From the NCBI GenBank assembly GCA_030295235.1, contig AP026149.1:372001-436000 (forward strand): a DNA stretch of 64,000 nt. Reading direction: 5' to 3'. The position numbers were made by a program, and so were the translations under genes. The notes beneath the pieces were generated by a model that worked only from the letters and a program-made list of their open reading frames with translations, made no database searches and had not been told where the DNA came from. The DNA is from Fistulifera solaris (Eukaryota). This document shows, piece after piece, positions 49,162 through 62,451 of this stretch (the first letter of the stretch is position 1; each line of letters opens with the position of its first letter).

Positions 49162-49349
49162 GGAAGCAGCACGGCCTGGCCAATAAACAAGCAAAGTTGA
49201 AGTACCAACTTCACCCGATACCTGAGGCCAAGCACTTTGAAACGATGGATTCATCCGAGCAATTGTACAATACTCGCCTAACATGATTAAAGAGACATTA
49301 CATGACCATTGTCTAATACTGCACTGTGCTCTCTAATTCGTATCTTTAT

Positions 49350-50560
49350 TTACAGCTCAGCCTTCTTTTCCGCCGATTCGCGTTGTTCTAACAAACGCTT
49401 TCGTGCCAGTCGTTCTTTCCGAGCCTTCTCTCGTTTTTCATACTCCGGATTCTTCCCAACTCCGAACATGGGACAGTTTTTACATCCTCTCGATGGACAG
49501 TTGTTGCATCGTGGAGCCGAGTTTCCGCTGATCTTTTGCGGTGCCGTGAACCGATTGGCCCCTCCGACTCGATGAGACAAACTATTGCCATTTTCGGCTT
49601 GTGAAACAAGTCTTGCTTTGAAATTGATGTTCATGTCTCTCCGCTCAATCTCTAACTTTACAAGCTCTTCATAGGGAACGTAGTGGATGCAGTCGACAGG
49701 ACAAGTTTCAATGGCAATTTGAATTGTTTCATCGTCATCGCCCCATTGCTGAAAGAGAAAAGCAAAAGAGGAGAGAAATTGTCATTAACGAGCAAACAAA
49801 AATATTCGCGTCATCCACTCAGACAACTCACCTGAAACACTCTGGCCCGACCGTGTTCCGGGTTCATGTAGAACGTCGATTGCGCAATCATAGCGCAGTT
49901 GGTGCACCCAATACACGTATGCTCGTCCACGTACACCATCTGCAATCGCACAGGTTCTCCCGTCTCGTCGTCAATTTCGACGCGCGTGTGACTTTCGACG
50001 GTGGCCAAGTCGACATCCTCTAGATAGGATTCTTGTCGATACACATTCATACCCTGCACTTCATCTTGTTCCAGCAATGTATCAGTGGAAATGTCGAGTG
50101 CAGCTGCAATAATTTCCTTATCGAATCCCCATTCTTCCATTTGACGAGCCGTGTTTGCTCGATCCGCCTCCTTCATATTGAATTGCACTTCTTCGGCCGA
50201 AATGGATGCTAACGTATCCAACCATGCTTCGGCTTCCAAATCTTCAGTGAGGACTTGATTATTCTTAGTTGCAAGCTGGTTGTCGCCATCTGTGGAGGAT
50301 TCAAAGGACGACCAAAACGATCCGTCTTCCTTTTGCTTCAAGGTATCTTGCCAGTCTACGGTGGATCCATCGAGAGAACTTTGCCACCCGTTCGGAGATA
50401 TATCATCACTTTTCCATTCAGAAGATTGTAGTGCACGGCCTCGAACGAGATGTTCCGGTTTCGAAATAGTTTGCCAAGCGTCGGCAACAGAAAATAGGGG
50501 TAACGAGGTCAAAATTATCCATTTTGACGATGCCAGTGATCGTCGAGTTTTCAAATGCAT
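49350..50560 (-). CDS. Plastid-targeted Fe-S ferredoxin-domain protein related to CDJ3/4-type DnaJ-Fer proteins
   Basis: YVDEHTCIGCTNCAMIA..TF....HGRARVFQ|QWGDDDETIQIAIETCPVDCIHYV; intron 49831-49749; signal peptide ending ADA-W. Confidence 0.8.
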
Positions 50561-51640
50561 CCTGTCGTATCGACCGTTTCGTGGGATACTGTACGGGCCG
50601 TGCCAACACTAGTAGAGAGTAATATGCGGCAAACAGTCTGTACGCGTAAATCTCGGGTATATGTCAGCTTCATGCAAAGAGACTCGTTAATGGTCAAGCT
50701 CCGGCTTTGTTTATTCTCTTTTCTCATTGTTGCGATCGACGACGACGATGTCTCGATACCAATATTATCGCGTCTTCAAGGAATTCTTTCGCTTCATTCA
50801 GACTACTCTGAAAGCTAAAGTTCGCAACTCCTTCTGCGACACGCGACGAGAACGCTTCGCCAGCAACGTCATCACATTCGTGACTTAAATTTCCCGCACA
50901 CGCGACCGACCGTCTCTCGGCACTCGGCATTTTCATCGAAAAAAAGTTCACCTGGAACAGAGAATAGAAGCGCCTCCTTTGCAAAAAACAAAAACAAAAA
51001 AAAACGAATTAACAAAGAAAAATACTAGGTCTATTGTGTGAACGAGCTGGATGTCGTTTATGGTTACTTGATGTTTTTTTTCGGGAAACGAAGACGGCGA
51101 TGCATGTCATCGGTGCTGTATACTTTGTAGTTTTGACGGAGCTTTCGTCTCCATTCCTTGTCGTACTGGCGGCAGTCTTTATAAAACCGTGATGTAGATG
51201 ATGCTTTTTTACTACAAAAGTATGGGTGACACGGGTACTGATCTGGTACCAGGTAATGCGACAAATGCACATCCCAAAGAATAGAATACAAGGTAGTGCG
51301 GTTTTCCGATGAATAAATCTGTCCCGTTTTTCTCACCCGGCGGTGTCTCTCGAGTCGAAAACATCGATCAGCACCGTGGACGAGAGAACTATGGAATTAT
51401 CACTGTGATTCTTTCAATAAAACAACAAAGGACTGTTCATTTCAGTAAACAAGCATAAGTTCTTCATGGTTTGAAAGGATTTCGTCGAAGAGCTCGACGA
51501 AGATCAGTCAACAGTCATGACGCAGCTCAGCGCGACCAAGTGGAGCTCTAAGATACAGTTTTACCGCAAGCTGCGCTCTCCTCGCAGTGTTGATGATCTT
51601 GTAAAGAATAAGAAAGTGATTTATCTTGTCTAGATGAATA

Positions 51641-52856
51641 ATGAAAGCCGTTCCCTTCTTTTCCAAGTTTCGAAAAGCCGGCGCAAGCATAGATTTTGAA
51701 CAAAAGTCTGTGGATGTCTATGGAATATCTGACAAGGCCGAAAGGAAGGCTTTGATCCGTTTCTTGTGTTTGAAAGATGGGAGAGCCGCAGAGGTCCGTT
51801 TGGGAGATCCTTTCAGTCCGGCCGTGGATCCATTCCTCCGACAAGGTTCATTGGATCTGGCTTCCTGCACAAATGCATCGAAGCGAATCCAGAGCGGCGA
51901 CTCGTTTTCGGTAGGGGGTGCTATCTTTCCAAAAATCAATCCGTTCGACTGGCCTCTCATCCAAGTCCTTTGAACGTGGGTATGGAATGCATGTTTGACG
52001 ATTGCGGGCGAGCATTTGTTGAAACGCTTTCCCAGCGTACGACCTACTTTGGGACACTCGCGTCGCACCTTCTGTGTTTTGATAGTCGTTATGACAGCTA
52101 TTCTTCCGCGAACGTCTTTCGGGAAGTCATGAGCCGAGTCTCCAACATTTCCCTAGAGCTGGGAACCTGTATCTTTGAATAGCTCCCAGCTTTTCTTGCC
52201 GCTCTCCTCAACAGCACAGTGAGTGGAGTATCACGTTTGTTGCATGACTGATTTTGGCAGTATGAATGCTCTTACTATCATTCCTGAAGCTGTGACATTA
52301 ATCTTTGGCGATAATGATCCAGCCCACTTTCACACTGAGTTCTTGCGCACCAGTGGTAACCTGCGGGAATTGGGCCATATCTTACAACGCCTTTTGCCCT
52401 CCTTCTGAGGCACAGCTATCGGAATCGCTGGTTGCGATTGCGGCTAATCAAAACCTTTATCGACTGAAGCTTGGGTGTTTCTTTGCCTTGGAAGACTTTT
52501 GGCATAAACTTCTTGAAACTATCTGGTCGCATTGCACTCTTCGACGTGTTGTGTTCTGGCTTCGCGAGGATTCTACCCCATTGTCTCAGCTAAAAGCCTT
52601 GTTTGTTACCTGGGAAAGCATGATCATCTGAATATAACCTTCAAATGTCGTAATGTATCAAGGGACATGGAGAGCATGATGGACGACTTCATTGAGCCAT
52701 TTCGTCTCCGAAATCGAGCTCATGTTTTGACCCGCGAACTGGATCATGCCCGACCCGCCGTTTTGGTAGCAGCATTAGTAGACTGGGCTGGTGACGAATT
52801 TTACAAAGCATAGCATTTGTTGATTGCAAACACAGATCTACTTTGCTCCTTGATTG
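51641..52856 (+). pseudogene. Decayed member of a diatom-expanded RNI/LRR-like hypothetical protein family
   Basis: Fragments in several frames with in-frame stops: AIAANQNLYRLKLG, WHKLLETIWSHCTLRRVVF, IEPFRLRNRAHVLTRE...LVAALVDWAGDEFYKA*HLLIANTDLL. Confidence 0.55.
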
Positions 52857-53365
52857 ACCTACCAGCGCCCCAGCGGTGTGGAAAGCGGCAAAGGGATGAG
52901 CTTTATTGATTTTCATAACAAGAGAAGGCTTTTGAATCAGGGACCAAACACATTAATCTTCCGCAGAATGATAAATACCCGCATCGGGGACGATCGGCGA
53001 GCTAGGAAGACAAAGGGTCGGCATTGCTTTCTGTTCCCAAGAACAAGAAGCAGAAGAAGATCGCAATGGTCGCTTCTTGATTCGTTCTCATAAAGCCTAT
53101 TTGCAACGTAAACACTATGCATTGATTTGTTCTGCCTAATTTTTAGAAAAGTAAAGCACATCATTGACATACATAGCTGACCTTTCCCTGACGACGGACA
53201 AACGTCGCGTTTATGTTGCTTTGAAACTCTTGAGACGAGACGACGAGACTGTAGTAGAGGGTGAGAATGAGACAACAAGACTATACAGTAACGAGAGACA
53301 GCTTCTGATTCGTATTCTAATAACTCGTCTTCAACATTGCAAAGAGATGAATCAATCTCGCCAGG

Positions 53366-54229
53366 ATGTACAACGAAGTATGTGGCAAAGCACCGTTCGC
53401 GAAGCCATCACGCCCTACTTGCCCCCCTCCCGTCATTCATGCGATTCGACATCAGATTGATCCTCAATTAGCCGCGTACGGTGCAGGTCCGGAAGGAACT
53501 GTGACAGTCCTGACTACGCTTTTCGTGGCTTGGCTTACGATTTTCATCCTTCGCATGTTGGTGACGCGTGTTTGGATGGGTTCGGGAAAAGCCGTGATAG
53601 AAGATGATGATGCCATTTTACAATTGCCAGCAACCGATAAAACAAAATACGATCATACGGTTCTACTCATGGGACCGTCAGGCAGTGGAAAGACACGTCT
53701 GTATTATCAACTAACGCTCGGTCCTGAATCTAATCAATTACCCACCGTGGCGAGTATCAAAGCCAACGTCGGATACGCCGTTGGGAGTGATCATACAACA
53801 ATCCGTTACATTGATTGGCCGGGATATTCTTCCTTGGACGACAAACTTTTGAAGAGTATAGTAGCAGAAACGGATCGAGTGATACTTGTTTTGGATGCTT
53901 CGCGGCCAGTTGGATCCGCCGCCGATATCTTGTATTATTTATGCAACGACAAGAAACGAAGGAAGGTCTTTGTGGCTTGTCACAAAAATGATTTGAGTAA
54001 AGCCAAGAATTGGAGACGAATGAAAATTCAATTGCGGACGGAATTGGAACGGTTATTGTCGGTGCGAAAGAATGAAGACACATGGTGGCCTTCTGGGAAG
54101 CCACTGGAATTGGAGGATCTTCCGTCCGTACAGCTACATTTTGCTTCAACGTCCTGCGAGAGTCAGTTGCCCTCGGAGCTGACTAATTTCTGTGAAACAG
54201 GCGCTCTGCCGGAATCAAATAGTCAATAG
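53366..54229 (+). CDS. SRPRB: Signal recognition particle receptor beta subunit
   Basis: N-terminal TM, GPSGSGKT P-loop, PTVASI, DWPG, VACHKND, LRTELERL. Confidence 0.85.
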   Translation: MYNEVCGKAPFAKPSRPTCPPPVIHAIRHQIDPQLAAYGAGPEGTVTVLTTLFVAWLTIFILRMLVTRVWMGSGKAVIEDDDAILQLPATDKTKYDHTVLLMGPSGSGKTRLYYQLTLGPESNQLPTVASIKANVGYAVGSDHTTIRYIDWPGYSSLDDKLLKSIVAETDRVILVLDASRPVGSAADILYYLCNDKKRRKVFVACHKNDLSKAKNWRRMKIQLRTELERLLSVRKNEDTWWPSGKPLELEDLPSVQLHFASTSCESQLPSELTNFCETGALPESNSQ

Positions 54230-54269
54230 CTAACAATATTATCCATATCATATCTATTACTCTTTCTAG

Positions 54270-55274
54270 TTACTTTTTAACTACCATCGACCACGTTCGA
54301 TCCGTCACGGCTTTGACCAATGTTATGCACAACTCGCGCCCCGCCGCCGTATGTTGTAACGTAAAAGTACCTTCATCGGCTTCTGTTGGATCAAACAAAG
54401 TTCCCTGCAGCAGTGTGTCACCATTCACTACTACCTTGAGTGTATTCCGACCAAACGTGATTTTACAATCTTTCGCTTTGACATGATCGGCCACCATGAA
54501 TTTGATTTCAACATCCTCATCGGTCTGCGTCCAAGTCCCCCATTCCTCTACGACCGGAGGTGCTCCATTCATTCCCAGTAGCGGTGGTGGCGCGTTGGGA
54601 GCTAGAAGTTGTGTTTGTGATTGATTCACAAGGTTATTCAGAGACGACGCTGCCGATGATCCACTTCCACCACCACCTCCGGGTCTTCGAGCTGTTTCAC
54701 ACCATGCGGCCGAAGGATCGGCATCGGAAATAGTGAAATTGACTCGTTTCCACTCATCCATAGCTTCGTTGTCGATTGCTCTCCCCACAAAGACATCACC
54801 TCTGATGTCGCGAGCCCCATGTCCACAGGCCGTGATTAAGGCCACCGCACGCGAATTTATGGGCAAGGAAGAGGCGTTTTCTTGATAGGTAGCCGTATCT
54901 GCCACGTACATACTCACCGCCTGATATTGATTTCCAGGCATGGGAATGGTAAGGGCCACAATATCACACGAAGGACGCAATTGCGATTGTAACATGAGTT
55001 GCAATACGGTATCATCATCGAGTTGACTCAGTTGCTGCCCGCCGTTCGACATTTGTTGACGTATTTGCATCGCCAGTGCTTTTCTTTGATCCGGTGTTGA
55101 TTTTTCGAACTGCTCGACACGAAACTGAGCACCGGAATGTTCATAAAAGTATTGTTTGGCCTGTTTCACGAGTTCATCGTCTGTCAATCCGCCTTTTGTG
55201 TCGGCTCGTAACGCAACAATGGGACTAGCGTCGTTGGCGGGAATACGAACGTATTCAAACGTTTCACTCCTCAT
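54270..55274 (-). CDS. Protein with a C-terminal CS (p23/NudC-like) domain
   Basis: TWTQTDEDVEI...KAKDCKITF...L.V....LLQG.LF...LCITLVK...W; N-terminal region with INSRA..L..ACG....IRGDVFVGR. Confidence 0.75.
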   Translation of the reverse strand: MRSETFEYVRIPANDASPIVALRADTKGGLTDDELVKQAKQYFYEHSGAQFRVEQFEKSTPDQRKALAMQIRQQMSNGGQQLSQLDDDTVLQLMLQSQLRPSCDIVALTIPMPGNQYQAVSMYVADTATYQENASSLPINSRAVALITACGHGARDIRGDVFVGRAIDNEAMDEWKRVNFTISDADPSAAWCETARRPGGGGGSGSSAASSLNNLVNQSQTQLLAPNAPPPLLGMNGAPPVVEEWGTWTQTDEDVEIKFMVADHVKAKDCKITFGRNTLKVVVNGDTLLQGTLFDPTEADEGTFTLQHTAAGRELCITLVKAVTDRTWSMVVKK

Positions 55275-56013
55275 TTGCCTTATGTAGATAGAGAAGGGCT
55301 CGATTGAAAACAATGAATAAAAAATATGATGATAAGAAATAAGGGACAGGGCTCGAAAAGTGCTTCATCAACGAGTCTTCAGTATGGTGTGAAGTGTTGA
55401 GGTGACATATGAATCAACAATTTTGCAGTCCCGGCAATTCGTTAAGGACAGCTATGCTTCAACGTTGAAGCGCACAGTTTTAGCAAAAGCATGCAAACGG
55501 TGTACTTTCCGAGATTTCATTTCTCGCACTCAATGCTAATGCAACCTCAGGTTGAAGGGAATTGCCAAACGAACGTAAATAACATTCGTGGTTTTACTGA
55601 TTACTAGTTTCCCAAAAGACTGTTTGGTTTACTGATGTTGCGAATAGAATAAAGATCATGATTGCATTAGTACGCCTCGCTCTTTTGCCTGCACGGGCGT
55701 CGGCATCAATATACGAAAAAGGGTCTTTGATTTTTCAAAAGTAGACAATGATTGATGTTGCAAGTCACGTTTGAAGGGACAGCATTTTCATTTGTCCTGA
55801 AACTTGCCTATTTTCGTGAAGCAAAAACAGCAAACAACCTTATCGAAACCAATCGTCGATTAGTATTTCGGCTTTTAGTGAAATAACAGATCACTGCAAA
55901 ACATTCTTAGCTTCGTCTAACCCGCCTGTTTCTGCAAATTCTGCGTCACGATACCCTACCCAGCATTTACTGCTTTCTTTAAAAGTATTTTGAACAGTCT
56001 GTTGTCGGCGCTT

Positions 56014-57108
56014 TTAACCTGCTGATGTATTAACTGGCAATAGAGGTGACGTATGTGGCGGTTGTTTTTGTTTCTGTACCTTGAAATGTGTAAAACTCAT
56101 GAAGCCTAGAAACGACAGACCAATCCCCGTAGCGCCCATCCAGGTAATAGGAATTTGAAACAACAGGCTCACGACGATAATGGCAAAGATGCGTCGTATG
56201 CAATTTAAAGCCGCGTGATGCACCACAGATATTCGTGATAAAATGAATGTAGACGCCAGATTGTAGCTCGCAAAGGCACAACCATTCACCAAAGACAAGA
56301 TCATGTAATGGAAAAGATTTGATAATGAGATCCCTGCCAGTAACCGCTGGCATAAAGAAGGGCCGTGGAACACGACCACGGGCACAAACAAAAGATAACT
56401 GCCCAGTTGTTGCATTCGAAATTGCAAATTCAGATCATCCACCACGGCGGTACCGCCATCACTGGTCGCTCGAAACAGTTTTTGATATAATCCACGAAAG
56501 GAAAAACACAAATTCGATGCCATGACAATCAAGCAGGCTCGAGCCGAATCGGCCAATGAAGCCGCCGTCTCTGTGTCACTCGGACGATTGCCCAAAGTCG
56601 ACAAGAGAACACCAACAACAATAGTCACCAAACTGATAATTTCGAATTGATTCAATGATTCGATACCCCACAAGACTGCGACTGTCGCACTCGTAATAGG
56701 TTCGGCAGCTTTGATCGTTTCCACAAAGGCCGCGGAAGATCCGGAAAAACCATAATTGGTAGCTAGAAAACCTCCACAAAAATAAACACCCGCCAAAGTT
56801 AAAAATTGATAATCCCCTTTTGGTAGGAACAGACTCCGCGGACGACTCGTGTGAACATCCGATTCTCCGTAATAGTATGCCGGCTTTCGCAGGAGACCCG
56901 TCGGCCACGGCTGCAACCCCGGACTGGACAAACACCGACTTTTTAATAATATCCGCACGAATGTAGAACCAATGACAAATTGTTGAAATGTCAAACACAA
57001 CGGAGGTAATTGTTGCGTCGATAAAAGTAATTTCGAAGAACCAATGCTGACAATTCCGAGAGAATACCAAAGACACACCGCCAGAGCGAGTGAGCTAAAT
57101 TGTGTCAT
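56014..57108 (-). CDS. Triose-phosphate transporter family (TPT/SLC35E) protein
   Basis: AAFVETIKAAEPI, SNLCFSFRGLYQK, YNLASTFILSRISVVHHAALNCIRR. The true start may lie upstream (ATG at 57278, joined through indels). Confidence 0.85.
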   Translation of the reverse strand: MTQFSSLALAVCLWYSLGIVSIGSSKLLLSTQQLPPLCLTFQQFVIGSTFVRILLKSRCLSSPGLQPWPTGLLRKPAYYYGESDVHTSRPRSLFLPKGDYQFLTLAGVYFCGGFLATNYGFSGSSAAFVETIKAAEPITSATVAVLWGIESLNQFEIISLVTIVVGVLLSTLGNRPSDTETAASLADSARACLIVMASNLCFSFRGLYQKLFRATSDGGTAVVDDLNLQFRMQQLGSYLLFVPVVVFHGPSLCQRLLAGISLSNLFHYMILSLVNGCAFASYNLASTFILSRISVVHHAALNCIRRIFAIIVVSLLFQIPITWMGATGIGLSFLGFMSFTHFKVQKQKQPPHTSPLLPVNTSAG

Positions 57109-58086
57109 CAGATCATTCCACCATCCCGCGAAACAGCGTTGTAGACAATGAGAACGACGTTTTCGGACGCGGCCTTCGAGGCGTCGTCGTCGGGGTCGTC
57201 CCGGTAAGGGGGACGTTGACGGCGGTGCGATAAGCCGTGATCGGCTTCTTCCGCCGCTGTTCGGGGTGTCCCGTTCATTTAATTATCAGAGATCGTTTTT
57301 GCATTCAATTTAACAAGTAGCAACGAAGCAAGCTCTTCTAGCGGTGGGTAGCAAAGTAGCAAATGTGAAAGCAGAATGCTCAACAATAACGTTGTAATGA
57401 TGCTTCTCGTCGCAAAAATAATAAGCCATGCAAATAAATAATGCAATGAAAAACAGTCTTTGCGCCATCCGCCGCGGTGGGTTACTGGTGAATCTTTTCC
57501 AGGACTGTATTTCCAGTCATGAACCAGAACAGACGAGTGACGAGTGACGACTGACGAGACATCCATTGTGAGTTTAGCATTTACGGCTTAATCAACGCTT
57601 CTCAATTTTAATAAAAGAAGCTTACTTAAATCATCATAAGCCGCTTTTTCAATGGAGGTCTCGAGAAAGGACATCGAAAATGCTCCGCGTAGTTTACTAT
57701 AGCCCAGAGTGTTGTCTGGTTTTTCGCCAAGACTTGATTTTCAGTCATGAGCCAGAAAGCAATGTCCCCGCCTTTTTGTTCAGGCTACCTGGTAGTAGAA
57801 TAGATGCATGATGTGACTACATAGGATGTGTTTCTCGTATACAATGCGGTCAACCCCTATTGCATCGAATCTGCTAGCTATCAAATGGTAAAATGCCATA
57901 GGATCGGAAGTAGCAATCGAGAGGTGAATTGAAATATCATCAACCGCTAACCTTCAGACAGAGCAGTTAACAGTCAAGCCATTTTTCCAATAGCTACTCA
58001 AGAAACAACAACTGACATTTTAAAAAAAGGAAGATACCTCTTAAATACCCATCTTATACCAATGCTATTGCAATACAAAGTCCTTT

Positions 58087-58870
58087 TTAAAGTTCATCCT
58101 TGCCAGAGGAGGCGCTTGCCTTAACCGCCTTCATCAAACCAAGTCCAGAGGCTTTGATGGCCTTAACCTTTTCGTCTTTCACCTTCATTTCGTCTTCGAA
58201 CTGCTTCTGAAGTCCCTCAATAAAGGCTTCGAAATCCTTTTCGGTCTTTTCCAATTCGGCCTCCTTCTCCTCAATAAGTTTCTCCAACTCCTTGGCGTCC
58301 ATGGCTTGGTATTTTTGGATTTCAGCCTTCTTGTCAGCGTCACAAAGATCGATGTTTTTCGGGCTGCACATGGGCTTGAGGTTCTCCTGTGCAAAGGCTT
58401 TCAACGAGTCATAATCGCGAGCCCCTTCGTAGTCCTCGAGGGCACTTGGGTCGCCCCTGGTTTGTTCAGTGTCAAAGTAAATTCGATCGCAAGTGAGATA
58501 CAACTAAATAGATAGCTGATCATCGCAAAGCAAAGCAAACCCAAAAAAAACGACATCATGACCCGTCGTCGTCGCATTCCTTTTTTTTTTCTTACCATTT
58601 AAGAGTGGGGAATCCCTGCACACCCTCGCAAAGCGCTTGACCCTCACCCGTGCAGTCAACATCAGCAATGAGTTGATTCGCCGAGCCACTGAACTCTTCC
58701 ATCAACTTGTCCCAATCAGGCTTCATAGCTTTGCAATGACCGCACCACGGGGCGAAGAATTTGATAAAGACGGTCTTGCCGGCCGTTTCGGTGTCCCAAT
58801 TGGCGGGCGTCAATTCGATGGCTTGCGATGAAGCAATCGCAGCGAGGAGAACAGTCAAAGTAGTCTTCAT
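58087..58870 (-). CDS. ER thioredoxin/PDI-like protein (single WCGHC domain, coiled-coil tail, KDEL)
   Basis: Signal peptide, FIKFFAPWCGHCK, ADVDCT, GFPTLKW|GDP (intron 58595-58457), C-terminal KDEL. Confidence 0.92.
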
Positions 58871-59310
58871 GGTACTTCTAAATAAAGATGAATGGATATT
58901 AAAACAAATCACTCGGAACTCGGAAGAAACTGAGTAATGGTTGACTGGAATGCGAAAGATTCACGCACGAACGGCTGTCGTGACTATGACCGCGAACAAA
59001 ACAGCCGTTCGTTTTCCCGTGACTGAGCGCAGTGACAGGTGGCAGTTTTTCTTATTTGAAGCGAAAGGAAGCGTAACGAAAACGGATGGACGCTCGGACT
59101 AGTCTTGAGGAAGAGTGAATGGATCATTTTCAAATTGTTGTCAAACGAAAAATGGCTAGATGCAATACCGAACTAAGTGAAGAGGCCCTTTGCCACTACT
59201 ATTATCAAATATCAAGCTAGAAAGTCATGATAGATTAAAAGCAATTATTAGCGAGTTGCATGGTTGGTAGAAGTAACGGTCGGCGACGCTCTGCTTAAGC
59301 AACTTTTCAT

Positions 59311-60131
59311 CTAAAGCGCCTCCGATAAGGTACGTTTACGACGAGACGGATGCATCAATTCTTCTTCGTCTTCATCCGCGGCCACAGTACCAAACTGTCG
59401 GTCACCGGCGTCTCCCATTCCTGGCAAAAGTTCACCGGTTTCGGTCACTTCGTCAATGGCTCCCAATGAGAAGTACACATCGGGATGTTTTTTCCACAAT
59501 CGCTCGAAGACCCGAGCGGGATGCCAGAACAGAAATAACATGAATTTCCTTTACTCCCCACTGCAGGTTGGTGAAAGTCGGTGAGCATCGGCATTTGGCG
59601 GACTCAAGTAAAAAAACAACGCAATCAGCTTACCTTTTTGAGAATCTGGATCACACTCATTGTCGTTTGACTAGTGATTATAGAAGGATCCAAAATGAAA
59701 GCAACATCTGCGTCGCATTGACGAGGCAATTTGTTGTAATATTGGACCGGATTAGCGCCCGTCACTTTGTACATTCCGATGTGATGAACAGCCGCATTCG
59801 GCAAAAGTTCCGTCATGGCTTCTACCATTCCTTGACCCGATCGTAAGATGGGAATCAAAGCAACACGTTCAACGAGCTTCTGTCCCGTATGATCAACGTG
59901 TTTTTCGCCTTCATGCGTCTTGACGGGAACGGATATTTGCACCGGCTTCGTTGACAGTCTCGAGGTAGCTTCGTATCCGAGATGATAGGTCAGCTCACGG
60001 AGCACGGCGCGAAATGTCCCGCACCGGGTCGTCGAGCTGCGCAAAGTAGTGATCTTGTGCGAGATAACGGGGTGCGACGAAATGTGCACCTTGTCTCCGA
60101 AATCGGAATCTTTGGCAGTCACCTCGGTCAT
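59311..60131 (-). CDS. UPRT: Uracil phosphoribosyltransferase
   Basis: HP...[39 protein letters not shown]; intron 59633-59561; extra A near 59490. Confidence 0.92.
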
Positions 60132-60942
60132 GCTGATTCGTCGTGTCAGGTAAAAGGGACGAGTGTGAACGTCAACAGAAAAGAATGCGTTTGCCAGATA
60201 CAGCAATTTTTGTGGTAGCAAGCTCGGTGCTATACCAGTACCTAATGGTTCCTTTTGCTCGGAATGAGATGAGTTTATAGTTATAGAGCCACCATGTCCG
60301 ACGCAAACGAACAAACGACGGCAGCACACGACAATTCCAAATTCAATTCGAACATCGGAATCCGGCCATCACCAACTGACGTCACACACAAGGAAATCGT
60401 GAACAAATCAGTCATGTGTAGTACATAGAACAAGAAAGTGGAGTGCCACGTCCGACCACGAATCACGGATCACGTACGCCAAAATACAAATTCGTCATCA
60501 TGTCTGGAGAGTGTCCTTTACATTTCGAACATTGAAGCAACAGCTAGACATAGATCTTTGCTAGGGTCGTAACCGAAAAAGGCTTACTATGATCCATTAG
60601 AAGTACAAGAAATAAGCGAGTAATTACTTGCCTAGAGGCTGGTCCATAGACATCCTGAATCGGGCGTCATCTCTACCCAATTGGTATCTTGTTGTCTCTT
60701 ATTTGACACTATAGCCTACAATTCCCCAAGATCGTGGCTTCGACACTGTCACTTCAAACTGATCCAATAACAATTAATATCGATTTTCTATGATAAGTTA
60801 GCTCACTCTAATTTACGGATCACGCGCTCGTTTCGGCCGCGATCACACGCATCAAACTAGCGCTCTAGAATGGTAGCGAGTGAATCTATATGGTACCTCT
60901 GCAAACAGCCTTTTGGCAATCAAAATCGCAGTTCAAGCTTAT

Positions 60943-61762
60943 TCAATCGATCATCTCTTCCTCGTCCAAGTCACAGAACCCTTTCACAAGACGATCAAGC
61001 TTGTTGCGAAACTCGGGGATGTGATTTCGCGTGAGCTTGAGCTCTTCTACCAAACCTCCTGCGGGATGATAGATGTGAGCAAAGGGTAAACTTTGCACCC
61101 CAAGGCCTTGATGCAAGGCTGCATTCTTTTGAGAAACGGGAACATCTACGAAAACGACATTGGGAAATTTGACGGCCGTTTGATAAAAAAGTGGGGCAAC
61201 TGCTTTGCACGCCTGTGAAAGAAGGAACGCGAAGTGAGTATAGTCCGATCAAACAAACCTACATTATTCGTCGTCGACAGATTCTTACCCTACAATAAGT
61301 CGCGTAAAATCTCACGGCAACAATTCTTTCTTCTTCATCTCCCACCACCTTCTTGTAATCTTGCAAGTTTTCCACCACGTGTACATTTGGTGGTAACCCT
61401 TCCCGGGTCGGAGCTGTTGGCTGTTGTGATTGTGGTGATCCTAAAACGAGATCTCTCATGCGTCGTTCAAACGATTGAGAAGGAGCTTGTGATGAAAGCG
61501 AGTACGCATTCGCGTAGGCCGATTTGCCTGTAGTAGAGGCACGTTTATTGTTGCCGTTTTGATCGGAAGGAAATCTTCTATCGTGCAGCTTTTTCACAGA
61601 TGACTTGACCGGAGGCTTGTAGTTCATGCTTATTTGGAAAGATCTACAGCATGGAATTGAACAAAGAAGGGCGATGGTAAAAACAAACCATCTTGATGAT
61701 GGGCATTGTCTTGATGGCTTCATCCTCCGCAGTTTCATTGAGTTTATCTTTGAACTCTGCAT
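60943..61762 (-). CDS. Plastid-targeted atypical thioredoxin-like protein (YCRAC)
   Basis: Signal peptide CRS-FQ; IVAVRFYATYCR|ACKAVAPLF..., intron 61288-61213; LGVQSLPFAHIY; stop at 60943. Confidence 0.85.
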
Positions 61763-62451
61763 AGTTTATTATGTCACCAGCTAGTCTACAAGCGTGCTAA
61801 TGAGAGAAAGACTGATGATTTTAATTGCGTGGTATCTTTTGTTGCTTTACGATAGAGTCAGCTGATTCAAACAATAGACCACGACAAAAACTGTGACGGC
61901 AACTGGCGATGGCGACGTTTCAACGGCATGTCGATGGCTGGAGGCTGGACGTACAAAAAGAAAGGAGGAAAACACATCAGTACTATATAATAAAGAGCAC
62001 ATCTCGGCGCCTTCCCTATGTTTCACGGCATCTTTTTCAGACCCATGACCTTCAAGTTTCGACGTCATGGTTGTTTCTGGTTAGTCATGACTCGGAGTTG
62101 AGACTTCAGTCGTGAGTCATAAAGATTTATTATGACGACTACTGTCCGTTCGGTACTAACGTCATTTTACAAAACGTCCGGATGCAATTTTCCGAACTAT
62201 TTTTCGCTGAAAGCTTCGACCTTCGAAGTGGAAAAACCTTCTTGTTCTTTGCTTTCGTCGTCAATTCCAGTGCCCATCAATGTTCTGCAAGCTGCCTTTC
62301 ATGTTTTCTTGCGATGCTAATATTAACACGTTGCTCCTTGCACAAGCCAGTCCTATACATTATTCTTTTTTTTGAGGTGGCGACATAATCGATGAAGACC
62401 AAGTATTACCGATATTCTAAAAAGTAAGTTTGATACTTTAACCAACACATC

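Noticed and set aside
58730..58755. Possible selenoprotein (algal PDI-like families can have UGHC)
   Set aside because: Codons read TGG TGC GGT CAT TGC, the Cys form, with no in-frame TGA.
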